Positions 37,490 through 48,379 of a stretch of 64,000 nt of DNA are shown piece after piece. Source of the stretch: the human T2T-CHM13v2.0 reference genome, Homo sapiens; NCBI RefSeq assembly GCF_009914755.1, contig NC_060938.1; one strand, given 5' to 3'. The translations under genes and the position numbers were made by a program. The notes under the pieces were generated by a model. That model saw only the letters and a list, made by a program, of their open reading frames with translations, was not told the origin of the DNA and made no database searches. Position 1 is the stretch's first letter; each line of letters begins with the position of its first letter.

Positions 37490-39549
37490 AGCAGGCGGAC
37501 AAGCCAGCAGCCTCACCCACTCAAGGAAGCCCAGATGGCCAGGTTCCAACAGCATGAGTAGCTGCCACCTGATGGCTGATGGAGCAGAGTCCTGAGGAAA
37601 AGCAGATGGCACTGGGGCCCTAACTCTAGGGCAGAATAACTGATGTACTGTGACTGGCAGCATGTGAGGTTGGTGATTGGCCCACCTGTTCCTGGCACAC
37701 CCTTGCAGAGGTGGCTGGTTGCTCTTTGAGCCAGCTTGGCCTTGCCTGGCATGCACAAGCCTCAGTGCAACAACCGTGCTACAAATGGAGCCATATATAG
37801 GAAAGGAGCAGGAGGCTCAGGAGCAGGGTGTGTACTGCCTTTGGGGCTCCAGTGCATGCCTCAGGGCTCCTATGGTACTGCAGGCTTCTTTGTTGCCAAG
37901 AGGCAGACCACAGGCCGTCTTGAGGAAGACTTTATGTACAAGTGCAGAAAGCAGCCAGGATTACCACCCAGGGGACTCTGTCTTCTGTGGCCCTGGCCTG
38001 ACAGAATTTGGCCCAAGGCAGGACAAGGTCACTCAGAGCAGTGTGTCAGTAGGTGGGGCCTGGGCATGCGAGGCAAGGCCAAGCTGGCTCAAAGAGCAAG
38101 CAGCCACCTCTGCAAGGGTGTGCCTGGAGCAGGTGGACCAGCCACCAACCTCACCCACTGAAAGAAGCCAGGATGGCCAGGTTTCCACAGCCTGAGTGGC
38201 TGCCTCCTGATGGCTGATGAAGCAGAGGCCTGAGGAAAAGCAGGTGGCATATTTAACTCTTTAATCCATCTTAACTTAATTTTTGTATAAAGAAGATGGC
38301 ACCAGTCCATGCCTCAGGGCTCATATGGCACTGTGGGCCACAGAAGGGTGAGTCCCCAGGGTGGTAATCCTGCCTGCTTTCTGCACTTGAACATAAAGTC
38401 CTCCTCAAGACGGCCTGTGGTCTGCCTCTTGGCCCCACCTTTACGGTAGAAGAACTGATGTACCACGTCTGGCAGTGAGTGAGGTTGGCGGCTGGTCCAT
38501 CTGCTCCTGGCACACCCTTGCAGAGGTGGCTGCTTGCTCTTTGAGCCAGCTTGGCCTTGCCTGGCATACACAAGCCTAGCTGCAACAAGTGTGCTACAAA
38601 TGGAGCCATATAGAGGAAATGATCAGCAGGCTCAGGAACGGGGCGTGCACTGCCTTTGTGGCTCCAGTCCATGCCTCAGGGCTCGTATGGCATTGTAGGT
38701 TTCTTGGTCGCCAACAGGCAGACCACAGGCTTTCTTGAGGAGGACTTTATGTTCAAGTGCAGAAAGCAGCCAAGATTAGCACCCAGGGGACTGGGCCTTC
38801 TGTGGCCCTGGCCAGACTTAGAATTTGACCCAAGGCAGGACAAGCTGACTCGGTGCAGAGTGTCAGTACCTGGGGCCTATGCATGCCAGGCAAGGCCAAG
38901 CTGGCTCAGAGCAACTAGCCACATCTGCAAGGCTGCACCTGTAGCAGTCAGACAAGCCAGCAACCTCAGCTACTCAAGGAAGGAGGGATGGCCAGGTTCC
39001 CACAGCCTGAGTGGTTGCCGCCTGATGACTGATAGAGCAGAGGCCTGAGGAAAAGCATATGGCACTGGGGCCCTACCTCTAGGGTAGAAGAACTGATGTA
39101 AGCTGACCGGCAGCAAGTGAGGTTGGTGGCTGGTCCACCGGCTCCTGGCACAACCTTGCAGAGGTGGCCGGTTGTTTTTTGAGCCAGCTTGGCCTTGCCC
39201 GGCATGCACAAGTCTGTGCAACAACTGTGACACAAATGGAGCCACACAGAGAAAATGAGCAGCAGGCTCAGGAGCAGGGTGTGTGCTTCCTCGGGGGCTC
39301 CAGTCCATGCCTGAGGGTTCATATGGCACTGTGGGCTTCTTGGTTGCAAAGAGGTAGACCACAGGCCATCTTCAGGAGGTCTTTATGTGGAAGTGCAGAA
39401 AGCAGCCAGGATTACCACCCGTGGGACTCGGCCTTTTGTGGCCCTGGCCTGACAGAATTTGGCCCAAGGCAGGACAAGCTCACTCAGAGCAACATGTCGG
39501 AACCTGGGGCCTGTGCATGCCAGGCAAGGCCAAGCTGGCTTAAAGAGCA
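37490..39549. repeat. Complex ~635-bp unit repeat with alternating ~90-bp inverted arms and SNX18 PX-domain fragments
   Basis: A RQTTGRLEEDFMxKCRKQ block occurs at ~37901(+), ~38430-38375(-), ~38716(+) and ~39352(+); inverted arms e.g. 37664-37754 vs 38064-38154. Confidence 0.85.
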
Positions 39550-40330
39550 CCCAGAGCATCCATTCTGGTGGAGGAGCCAACCACATGGCCAGCTTCTGGG
39601 TGTGGGCACAGTGCCACATCTTCCATCGCTTTCTGACGTATCCCACCAACACTGAAGAGACAGCCTGGAGAGAGTGCAAGAGGAAGGCTGAGAAGGATGA
39701 GATAGTGAGTGCTGGCTTCTTTCTGACCCTCAGCACACCCCCAGGTGGTGACCATCAACCTTTAGGGGTGGGAGAGCAAGACTGATGGCTTCAAATGCTT
39801 CCTCAAGAAGATGGACACAGGCCACTCAGCTCATCCTCACAGCCAATGAGTTGACAAGCAAGCAGATGACAGTGACAGGCTTTTAGAAAGAGCATCAGAA
39901 GGTGGCCAGTTTTTCTTCAGCCTCAGCCAGGCCTTGGAACTTGACTAGGCCATCCACTTCACCACAGATGCCTTCAAGAACATCAGTAAGCTCTTTGCCA
40001 ATGAGTCCAGGAAGGACCTGGACCCAGCCATGGACCTGTTAGTGCTGTCTCAGGGACACCAGACCAACATCCTGGACATCATCCTCATACACAAGGAAGC
40101 TCTTACCAAAGTCACGGAGAACAGGCAACATGTGGCAGAAGGGAAGACAGAGGTGCAGAGGCTGATGGCGTCATTATCACAGGAACAGGATTTCTTTGGC
40201 CACTTTGGCTGAAATTCACCACTTCCATCCAATTCACTCAAGCGAGAGACTTGAAATCACAGATGGACCATTTCTTGCAACAAGAGATACTATCTTTTCA
40301 AAAAGTCACCTAAAATTTGATAGTGTTGAA
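39550..40330 (+). pseudogene. SNX18: Processed sorting nexin 18 pseudogene (PX C-terminus plus BAR domain), frameshifted
   Basis: [55 protein letters not shown], then DLDPAMDLLVLSQGHQTNILDIILIHKEALTKV..HVAEGKTEVQ and ..TLAEIHHFH..DLKSQMDHFLQQEI..FQKVT. Contiguous across the position where I recall the SNX18 intron (HVQKG/ALTK). 3'UTR-like sequence to ~40710. Confidence 0.92.
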
Positions 40331-40715
40331 TGACTAGCTATTCTATTGTGGACTTTTTCCAGTTCACGGGTACTTTCTACAGCAGAATGATAACAGTATC
40401 AAAGAGCTAGTGCCAGCTATCGGTGGTAGTACAAGGATGACTTTGTGCTCAACTGAAACCCAGCTGAATATAGAATTGTGTAGGAAAGTGTTAATATGGT
40501 GATAGAATAGAAACAGTAGCAAATGAACTAAATCATACTATGAATGCCTACACTACCATTATAACTTTTTGAAGAATGATAATACCACTTACTTTATTGC
40601 CTTTTGAAGTAGGAATATTTTAGTGGATATGCTATAGACCTGAAACCCTATAAAGAATCCCAAAGAAGCTGGCTGGATAAAGCCTGCTATGGATGTCTTT
40701 ATACTCAAAGACTGA

Positions 40716-41850
40716 TGAGGCAATTCGAATATGTGTCCCCACCAAATCTCATGTTGAGTTATGCTTCCTAATGTTGGAGGTGGATCCTGGTATAAGGTGA
40801 TTGAATCATGAAGGCAAATTTCTCATGAGTGGTTCAGCACTATCCCCTTGGTACTCTCCTCACAATCATGAGTGAATTCTCGTGAGATCTGGCCACTGAA
40901 AACTCTATATCACTCCCTACTCTCCGTGATTTCCTCTTGCCATATGAGACAATTCACTCTTTCATTACCTTGCACAATGATTGAAAGATTTCTGAGGCCC
41001 CCCAGAAGCAGAAGCACTAAGCTTCCTGTCCACTCTGCAGAACCATGAGCCAATTAAACCTCTTTTTCAAAATAAATCTTACCAAAAATGGCAAATGAGG
41101 ACTGGAGCATTGCTATAAAGATACCTGAAAATGTGGAAGCAACTTCGGAACTGGGTAATGGGTAGAGGTTGGAAGAGTTTGGAGGGCTCCAAAGAAGACA
41201 GACAAATGAGAACATTTTTGGACCATCTTAGAGACTGGTTAAATGGCTGTGACAAGAATGCTGACAAAAACATGGACAGTGAAGGCCAGACTGAAGGGGC
41301 CTCAGATAAAAATAAGAAGGTTTCTGGAAAATGTCTCCCTTTTGGATATGGAAAGCTTACAAAATGCCTGTACCATCATTGTACCTTAGACGCAGTGAAC
41401 TTGCTTTTTATTTCAGAGACTCGTAGGCAAAAGAAAATGTAGCCTTGACCCAGATGAGAGTTTGGACTTTGTAACTTTGAGTTAATGCTGAAATGAGTTA
41501 AGAATTTGGGAGACTGCTGGCAAGGCATGACTGTATTTTGCAATGTGAGAAGGACATGAGATTTGTGGGGTCAGGGACAGAATAATACGGTTTTTCTCTA
41601 TGCCCCTTCCAAAGCTCATGTGAAAGTACACTCCCTAATGTTAGAGTCGGGGCCTAGGTGGAAAAAGCTTTAATCATAAAGGGGTGGGAGTGGATCCTTC
41701 ACAAATGGCAAAGCACCAAGCCCTTAATGCCATCCTCCTGATAGTGAGTGAGTTCTCATGAGATCTAGTAGTTTAAAAGGCTGTGGAACCTCTTTCGTCT
41801 CTCTGTCTTGTTCCAACTTTTGCCATATGAAACATGTCATTGCCGCTTGG
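40716..41850 (+). mobile_element. MST (MaLR) element: 5' LTR (~40716-41075), deleted internal part (~41076-41580), truncated 3' LTR (~41585-41850)
   Basis: tgtgtccccaccaaatctcatgttga..gcagaaccatgagccaattaaacctc; internal aagatacctgaaaatgtggaagcaact; gagaaggacatgagatttg..ggg.cagaat before the second LTR. Confidence 0.85.
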
Positions 41851-41867
41851 ATTTCCGGTGTGGTTAG

Positions 41868-42750
41868 GAGGGGCCTGATCAGTGTGGGCCTGGTCAGTGG
41901 ACCTAGGTCAGTGAGGACTATTTAGTGGGATTGTGGTCAGCGGGCGTCTGCTTAGAGAGGGTCTCATTAGTGGGGTCTAGTAGTGGAGGTTTTGGTGAGT
42001 GGTGACCTATTGGCTGCCAGTTGTTTGGTGTCTGGTCAGTGCAAACCTGGGCTGTGGGGCTTGATCAGTGGAGACCTGGTCAGCTGGGGTTAGTGCTGGC
42101 CTGGTCAGCATGGGCTGGGGCACTGGTGACCAGGTCAAGGGGTGCTATTCAGTGGAGGACTGGGCACATGGGACCTAGTCAGCAGACCCTGGTGGGCGTG
42201 TCCTCATCAGTGAGGCCCTTGTCAGTGGGGCCCTGGTCAGGGCAGCCTTGTCAGCGGGACCTAATCTGTAGTGTCCTGGTCAGAGAGGACTTGGTCAGTG
42301 GTGACTTTTGTAGCACTGGTCTACAGGGTGACTTGGTCAGCGGGGATCTCAGCATTTGGTGCCAGTTCAGTGGGGTCTACTCACTAGGGTCCCAGTCAGG
42401 GGCATCTGGTGATCTTAGGCCTGGTTATTAGGGGCCTGATCAGTGGCAACCTGTTCCCTGGAGGCCTGGTCAGTGGAGCCTCATCTCTGGGGCCAGGGAA
42501 TGAGGTCATGATCAGTGGAACCTGATCAGTGAGGCCTTGTCAATAATGACCTAGTCAGTGAGGACTTGTTAGTAAGGACTTGGTCCGTGAGGCCATGTCA
42601 GTAAGGTCCTGGTCAGTGGAGTCCTTGTCATTGTGGGCCTGGCAGTGGGGGCCTTGTTAGTGGGTCCTGGTCATGAGGGTCTAATCAGTGAGGGTGTCAT
42701 CAGGGAGGACCTGATGTGCGGGGTCTGGTCAGCAGGGACCTGGTCAATGT
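41868..42750. repeat. Degenerate 14-15-bp minisatellite (consensus ~CCTGGTCAGTGGGG)
   Basis: Dozens of ggtcagtgg/ggcct units. Confidence 0.85.
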
Positions 42751-43096
42751 GGGCTGCTGAGCACTGCTTGGATAAGCCAGGTGCAATGTGCATTATTGAA
42801 GGCCCTGTGGACAGCTGGGATAGCCCAGTGATGCCCAAGGGCCTAGTCAAAAGTGGACAAAGCACGTGTTTGGATGGACCTGGGAGATCCTGCTCAGAGA
42901 TTCTGACAGGACAAAGGTAAAGGAAGGGCCAGAGTGGCTGCAGAGATGGTCACAGTCTATGGGCTGCACAGGATGAAGGAGGCCAGGGAACAGGCAGGGT
43001 GGGCAGTTGGGGTTCAGGGAGAGGCAGGTGCATGCTGGGAGGTCAGACCCTGTGAGGGCTTTGGGGGCGTCAGGTTGGGTAGGCTCCAGGCACTCT

Positions 43097-46000
43097 CACT
43101 CACATAGGATTCCAGAACACTGCTACAAGGCTCTGAGTGTTTGTCCCTCACATAGGATTCCAGAACACTGCTGCCATTGTCTGAATGTTTGTCCCCCACA
43201 TAGGATTCCAGAAGCCTGCTGCTGGGGTCTGAATGTTTGTCCCCCATCTAGGATTCCAGAACACTGCTGCGAGGGTCTGAATGTCTGTCCCTCACATATG
43301 ATTCTAGAACATTGATGCTAGGGTCTGTATGTTTGCCCTTAACATATGATTTCAAAACACTGCTCCTGAATTCTGAATGTTTGTCCTCCACATAGGAATA
43401 CAGAACACTGCTGCTGGAGTCTGGAAGTTTGTCACTCACATAGAATTCCAGAACACTGCTGTGAGGATCTGAATGTTTGACCCTCACATGGGATTCCAGA
43501 ACACTGCTGCGAGGGTCTAAATGTCTGTCCCTCACATAGGTTTCCTGAACAATGTTACGAGGTTCTGAATGTTTGTCCCTAACATAGGATTTCAGGGCAC
43601 TCCTGCTGTGCTCTGAATGCTTCTCCCTCACATAGGATTCCAGAACACTGCTACGAGGGTCTGAATGCTTATCCCTCATATAGGATTCCAGAACACTCCT
43701 GCTGTGGTCTGAATGTTTGTTCCTCACATAGGATTCCAGAATACTCCTGCCGTGGTCTGAATGTTTGTCCCTCACATAGGATTCCAGAACATTCATGCTG
43801 GGGTCTCAATGTTTCCCTTAACATAGGATTTCAGAACACTGCTCTTGGGGTCTGAATGTTTGTCACTTACATAGGATTACAGAACACTGCTGCTGGAGTC
43901 TGAATGTTTGTCAGTCACATAGAATTCCAGAACACTGCTACAAGGGTGTGAATATTTCTCCCTCACCTAGTATTCCAGAACACTGTTGCAAGGGTCTGAA
44001 TGTTGGCCCGTCATATAGGATTCCAGAACACTGCTGCTGTGGTCTGAATGTTTGTCCCTCACATAGAATTCTGGAACACTGCTACAAGGGTCTGAATGTT
44101 TGTCCTTCACATACCATTCCAGAACACTGCTGCCGTGGTCTGAATGTATGTCCCTCACATAAGATTCCAGAACACTGCTACTAGGTTCTGAATGTTTTTC
44201 CCACACCTAGGATTCCAGAACACTTCTGCTGGTGTCTGAATGGTTGTTCCTCACATATGATTCCAGGACACTGTTACGAGAGTCTTAATGTTTGTCCTTC
44301 ACATAGGATTTTAGAACACTGCTCCCGTGGTCTGAATGTTTGTCCTTCACATAGCATTCCAGAACACTGCTGCTGGAGTTTGAATGTCTTTCCTTCACAT
44401 AGAATTCCAGAACATGGCTGGGAGGGTCTGAATGTTTGTCCCTCACATGGGATACCAGAACACTGCTGCGAGGGTCTAAATGTCTCTCCCTCACATAAGA
44501 TTTCAGGACACTGCTACGAGGTTCTGAATGTTTGTCCCTCACATAGAATTCCAGAGCACTCCTGCTGTGGTCTGAATATTTGTCCCTCACATAGGATTCC
44601 AGAACACTGCCACGTGGGTCTGAATGTTTGCCCTCACATAGGATTCCAGAACACTACTGCTGGGGTCTGAATGTTTGACCCTCACATAGGATTCCAGAAC
44701 ACTCCTGCTGTGGTCTGAATGACCCTCACATAGGATTCCAGAACACTCCTGCTGTGGTCTGAATATTTGTCCCTCACATAGGACTCCAGAACACTGCTAA
44801 GATGGTCTGAATGTCCCTCACATTGTATTCCAGAACACTCATTCTGTGGTCTGAATGTTTGTTCCTCACATAGGATTCGAGAACATTCACACTGGGATGT
44901 AAATGCTTGCCCTTAACATAGGATTTCAGAACACTGCTCCTGGGGTCTGAAAGTTTGTCCCTCACATAGGATTCCAGAACTCTCCTGCTGTGGTCTGAAA
45001 GTTTGTACCGCACATAGGATTCCAGAACACTGCTGCTGTGGTCGGAATGTTTTTCTGTCACATAGGATTCCAGAACACTGCAGCTGGGTTCTGAATGTTT
45101 GTCCCTCACATAGGATTTCAGAACACTGCTACGAGGGTCTGATTGTTGGTCCCTCACATAGGATTCCTGAACACTGCTGCTGGGCTCTGAATGTTTGTCC
45201 CTCACATTGGATTGCAGAACACTACTGCTATGGTCTGAACGTTTGTCCGTCACATAGGATTCCAGAACGCTCCTGCTGTGGTCTGAATGTTTGTCTGTCA
45301 CATAGGATTCCAGAACACTGCGGCTGGGGTCTGAATGTCCCTGACATAGGATTCCAGAACATTGCTATGAGAGTCTGAATGGTTGTCTTTCACATAGCAT
45401 TCCAGAACACTGCTACGAGGGTCTGAATGTTGGTCCCTCACACAGGATTCCAGATCCCTCCTGCTGGGGTCTGAATGTTTGTCCCTCACAAAGGATTCCA
45501 GAACACTGCTATGAGGGTCTGAATATTTGTCCCTCACATAGGATTCCAGAACACTCCTGCTGTGGTCTGAATGGTTGTCCCTCACATAAGATTCCGGAAC
45601 ACTTCTGCTGTGGTACGAATGTTTGTGTCTCACGTAGGATTCCAGAACACTGCTATGAGGGTCTCAATGTTTGTCCCTCACATAAGATTCCAGAACACTG
45701 CTGCTGGGGTCTGAATGCTTGTCCCTCACATACGATTACAGAACACTGTTGCTGGGGTGTGAATGTTTGTCCCTCACATGGGATTCCAGACCACTGCTGC
45801 TGGGGTCTCAATGTCTGTCCCTCAAAAAAGGATTCCAGAACACTGTTACGAGGGTCTGAATTTTTGTTCCTCACTTAAGACTGCAGAACACTGCTTCGAG
45901 GGTCTAAATGTCTGTCCTTCACATAGGATTCCAGAACACTGCTACGAGGGTCTGAATGTTTGTCCTTCACATAGCATTTCAGAACTGCCATGGTCTGAAT

Positions 46001-48187
46001 GGTTGTCCCTCACATAGTATTCCAGAACACTGCTATGAGGGTCTGAATGTTTGTACCTCACATAGGATTCCAGAACACTGCTATGAGGGTCTGAATGTTT
46101 GTCCCTCACATAGGATTCCAGAACACTGCTATGAGTGTCTGAAAGTTTGTCCCTCACATAGGATTCCAGAAGACTGCTGCTGGGGTCTGAATGTCTGTCC
46201 CTCACATCGGATTCCAGAACACTGCTGCTGGGGTTTGAATGTCTGTCCCTCACATAGAATCCCAGAAGACTGCTGGGAGGGTCTGAATGTTTGTCCCTCA
46301 CATAGGATTCCAGAACACTGCTACAAGGTTCTGAATGTTTGTCCCTCACATAGGATTCCCGAGCACTCCTGCTGTGGTCTGAATGTTTTTCCCTCACATA
46401 GGATTCCAGAACACTGCTACGAGGGTCTGAATGTTTGTCCTTTACATAGGATTCCAGAACACTCCTTCTGGGGTCTGAATGTTTGTCCCTCACATAGGAT
46501 TCCAGAGCACTCCTGCTGTGGTCTCAATGTTTTTTAATCACATAGGATTCCAGAACACTTCTACAAGGGTCTGAATGTTTGTCCCTCACATAGGATTCCA
46601 GAATACTCCTGCTATGGTCTTAATGCTTGTCCCTCACATAGGATTCCAGAACATTCATGTTGGGGTCTGAATGTTTGCCCTTATCATAGGATTTCAGAAC
46701 AGTGCTCCTGGGGTCTGAATGTTTGTTCTTCATATAGGATTTAAGAACACTCCTGCTTTGGTCTGAAAGTTTGTCCCTCACATAGGATTCCAGAACTCTC
46801 CTGCTGTGGTCTGAAAGTTTGTCCTTCACGTAGGATTCCAGAACACTGCTGCTGTGGTTTGAATGTTTGTCCCTCACATAAGATTCCAGAACACTGCTAC
46901 GAGGGTCTGAATGTTTGTCCCTCACATAGGATTCCTGAGCATTGTTGCTGTGGTCTGAATGTTTGTACCTCACATAGGATTCCAGAACAGTGCTACGAGG
47001 GTCTGAATGTTTGTCCCTCACATAGGATTCCTGAGCATTGTTGTCGTGGTCTGAATGTTTGTACCTCACATAGGATTCCAGAACAGTGCTACGAGGGTCT
47101 GAATGTTTGTCCCTCACATAGGATTCCAGAACATTCATGTTGGGGTCTGAATGTTTGCCCTTATCATAGGATTTCAGAACAGTGCTCCTGGGGTCTGAAT
47201 GTTTGTTCTTCATATAGGATTTAAGAACACTCCTGCTTTGGTCTGAAAGTTTGTCCCTCACATAGGATTCCAGAACTCTCCTGCTGTGGTCTGAAAGTTT
47301 GTCCTTCACGTAGGATTCCAGAACACTGCTGCTGTGGTTTGAATGTTTGTCCCTCACATAAGATTCCAGAACACTGCTACGAGGGTCTGAATGTTTGTCC
47401 CTCACATAGGATTCCTGAGCATTGTTGCTGTGGTCTGAATGTTTGTACCTCACATAGGATTCCAGAACAGTGCTACGAGGGTCTGAATGTTTGTCCCTCA
47501 CATAGGATTCCAGAACACTTCTGCTGGTGTCTGAATGTTTGTACCTCACATAGGATTCCAGAACACTGCTGCTGGGGTCTGAACGTCTGTCCCTCAGATA
47601 GGATTCTAGAACACTGCTGTTGGGGTTTGAATGTCTGTCCCTCACATAGAATTCCAGAACACTGCTGCGAGTGTCTGAATGTTTGTCCCGCAGATGGGAT
47701 TCTAGAACACTGCTGTGAGGGTCTAAATGTCTGTCCCTGACATAACATTCCAGCACACTGCTACAAGGTTTTGAAATGTTTGTCCCTCACATAGGATTAC
47801 AGAGCACTCCTGCTGTGGTCTGAATGTTTGTCCCTCACATAGGATTCCAGAACACTCCTGCTGTGGTCTGAATGTTTGCCCCTCACATAGGATTCCAGAA
47901 CATTCCTGCTGTGGTCTGATTGTTCCTCAAATAGGATTTCAGAACACTGCTACGAGGTTCTGAATTTTTGCCCCTCACATAGGATTGCAGAACACTGCTA
48001 CAAGGGTTTGAAAGTTTTCCCCTCACATAGGATTCCACAACACTCCTGCTGTGATCTGAATGTTTGTCCCTCACATAGGATTCCCGAGCACTCCTGCTGT
48101 GGTCTGAATGTTTTTCCCTCACATAGGATTCCTGAAGACTGCTGCTGTCACTATAGTCGTTGCGAGTGTCTGAATGTTTGACCTTCA
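43097..48187 (+). repeat. CER 48-bp satellite array (~106 monomers)
   Basis: Monomer GAACACTGCT(G/A)C(TG/GA)GGGTCTGAATGTTTGTCCCTCACATAGGATTCCA, matching the CER (D22Z3-type) satellite. Confidence 0.93.
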
Positions 48188-48318
48188 CCAAACACTAAAT
48201 ATCCTGCCCCTTTAGTCTTGGACTTTCCAGCCTCCAGATCTGTGAGCAATAATCTCTGTTGTTTATGAATTACTCAGTCTAAAGTATTTTGTTATAGTAG
48301 CCTAAAGAGACTAAGAGA
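48183..48318 (+). mobile_element. 3' half of a MaLR LTR (MLT1A/MSTC/MSTD-like) fused to the end of the CER array
   Basis: cttcaccaaacact..tcttggactttccagcctccagatctgtgagcaataa..gtattttgttatagtagcc..gactaaga. Confidence 0.8.
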
Positions 48319-48379
48319 GCATCACCTGCCCTGTCACCTCATCACCGCATTACTAAAGGTATACTAACAGCAGTCACCT

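Noticed and set aside
37677-39785. 130-170-aa ORFs in the SNX18-linked array
   Set aside because: Frames are not conserved between repeat units and many starts are non-ATG.
43097-48187. CRISPR-like regular repeats
   Set aside because: Head-to-tail monomers without unique spacers, no cas genes, primate DNA.
43007-48191. Long ORFs (up to 378 aa) with SVLESYVRDKHSD or Cys/His-rich CPSHRIPEHC repeats resembling zinc-finger or metal-binding proteins
   Set aside because: Artefact of a 48-bp (16-codon) satellite; the spacing is not C2H2, and there is no promoter or splice context.
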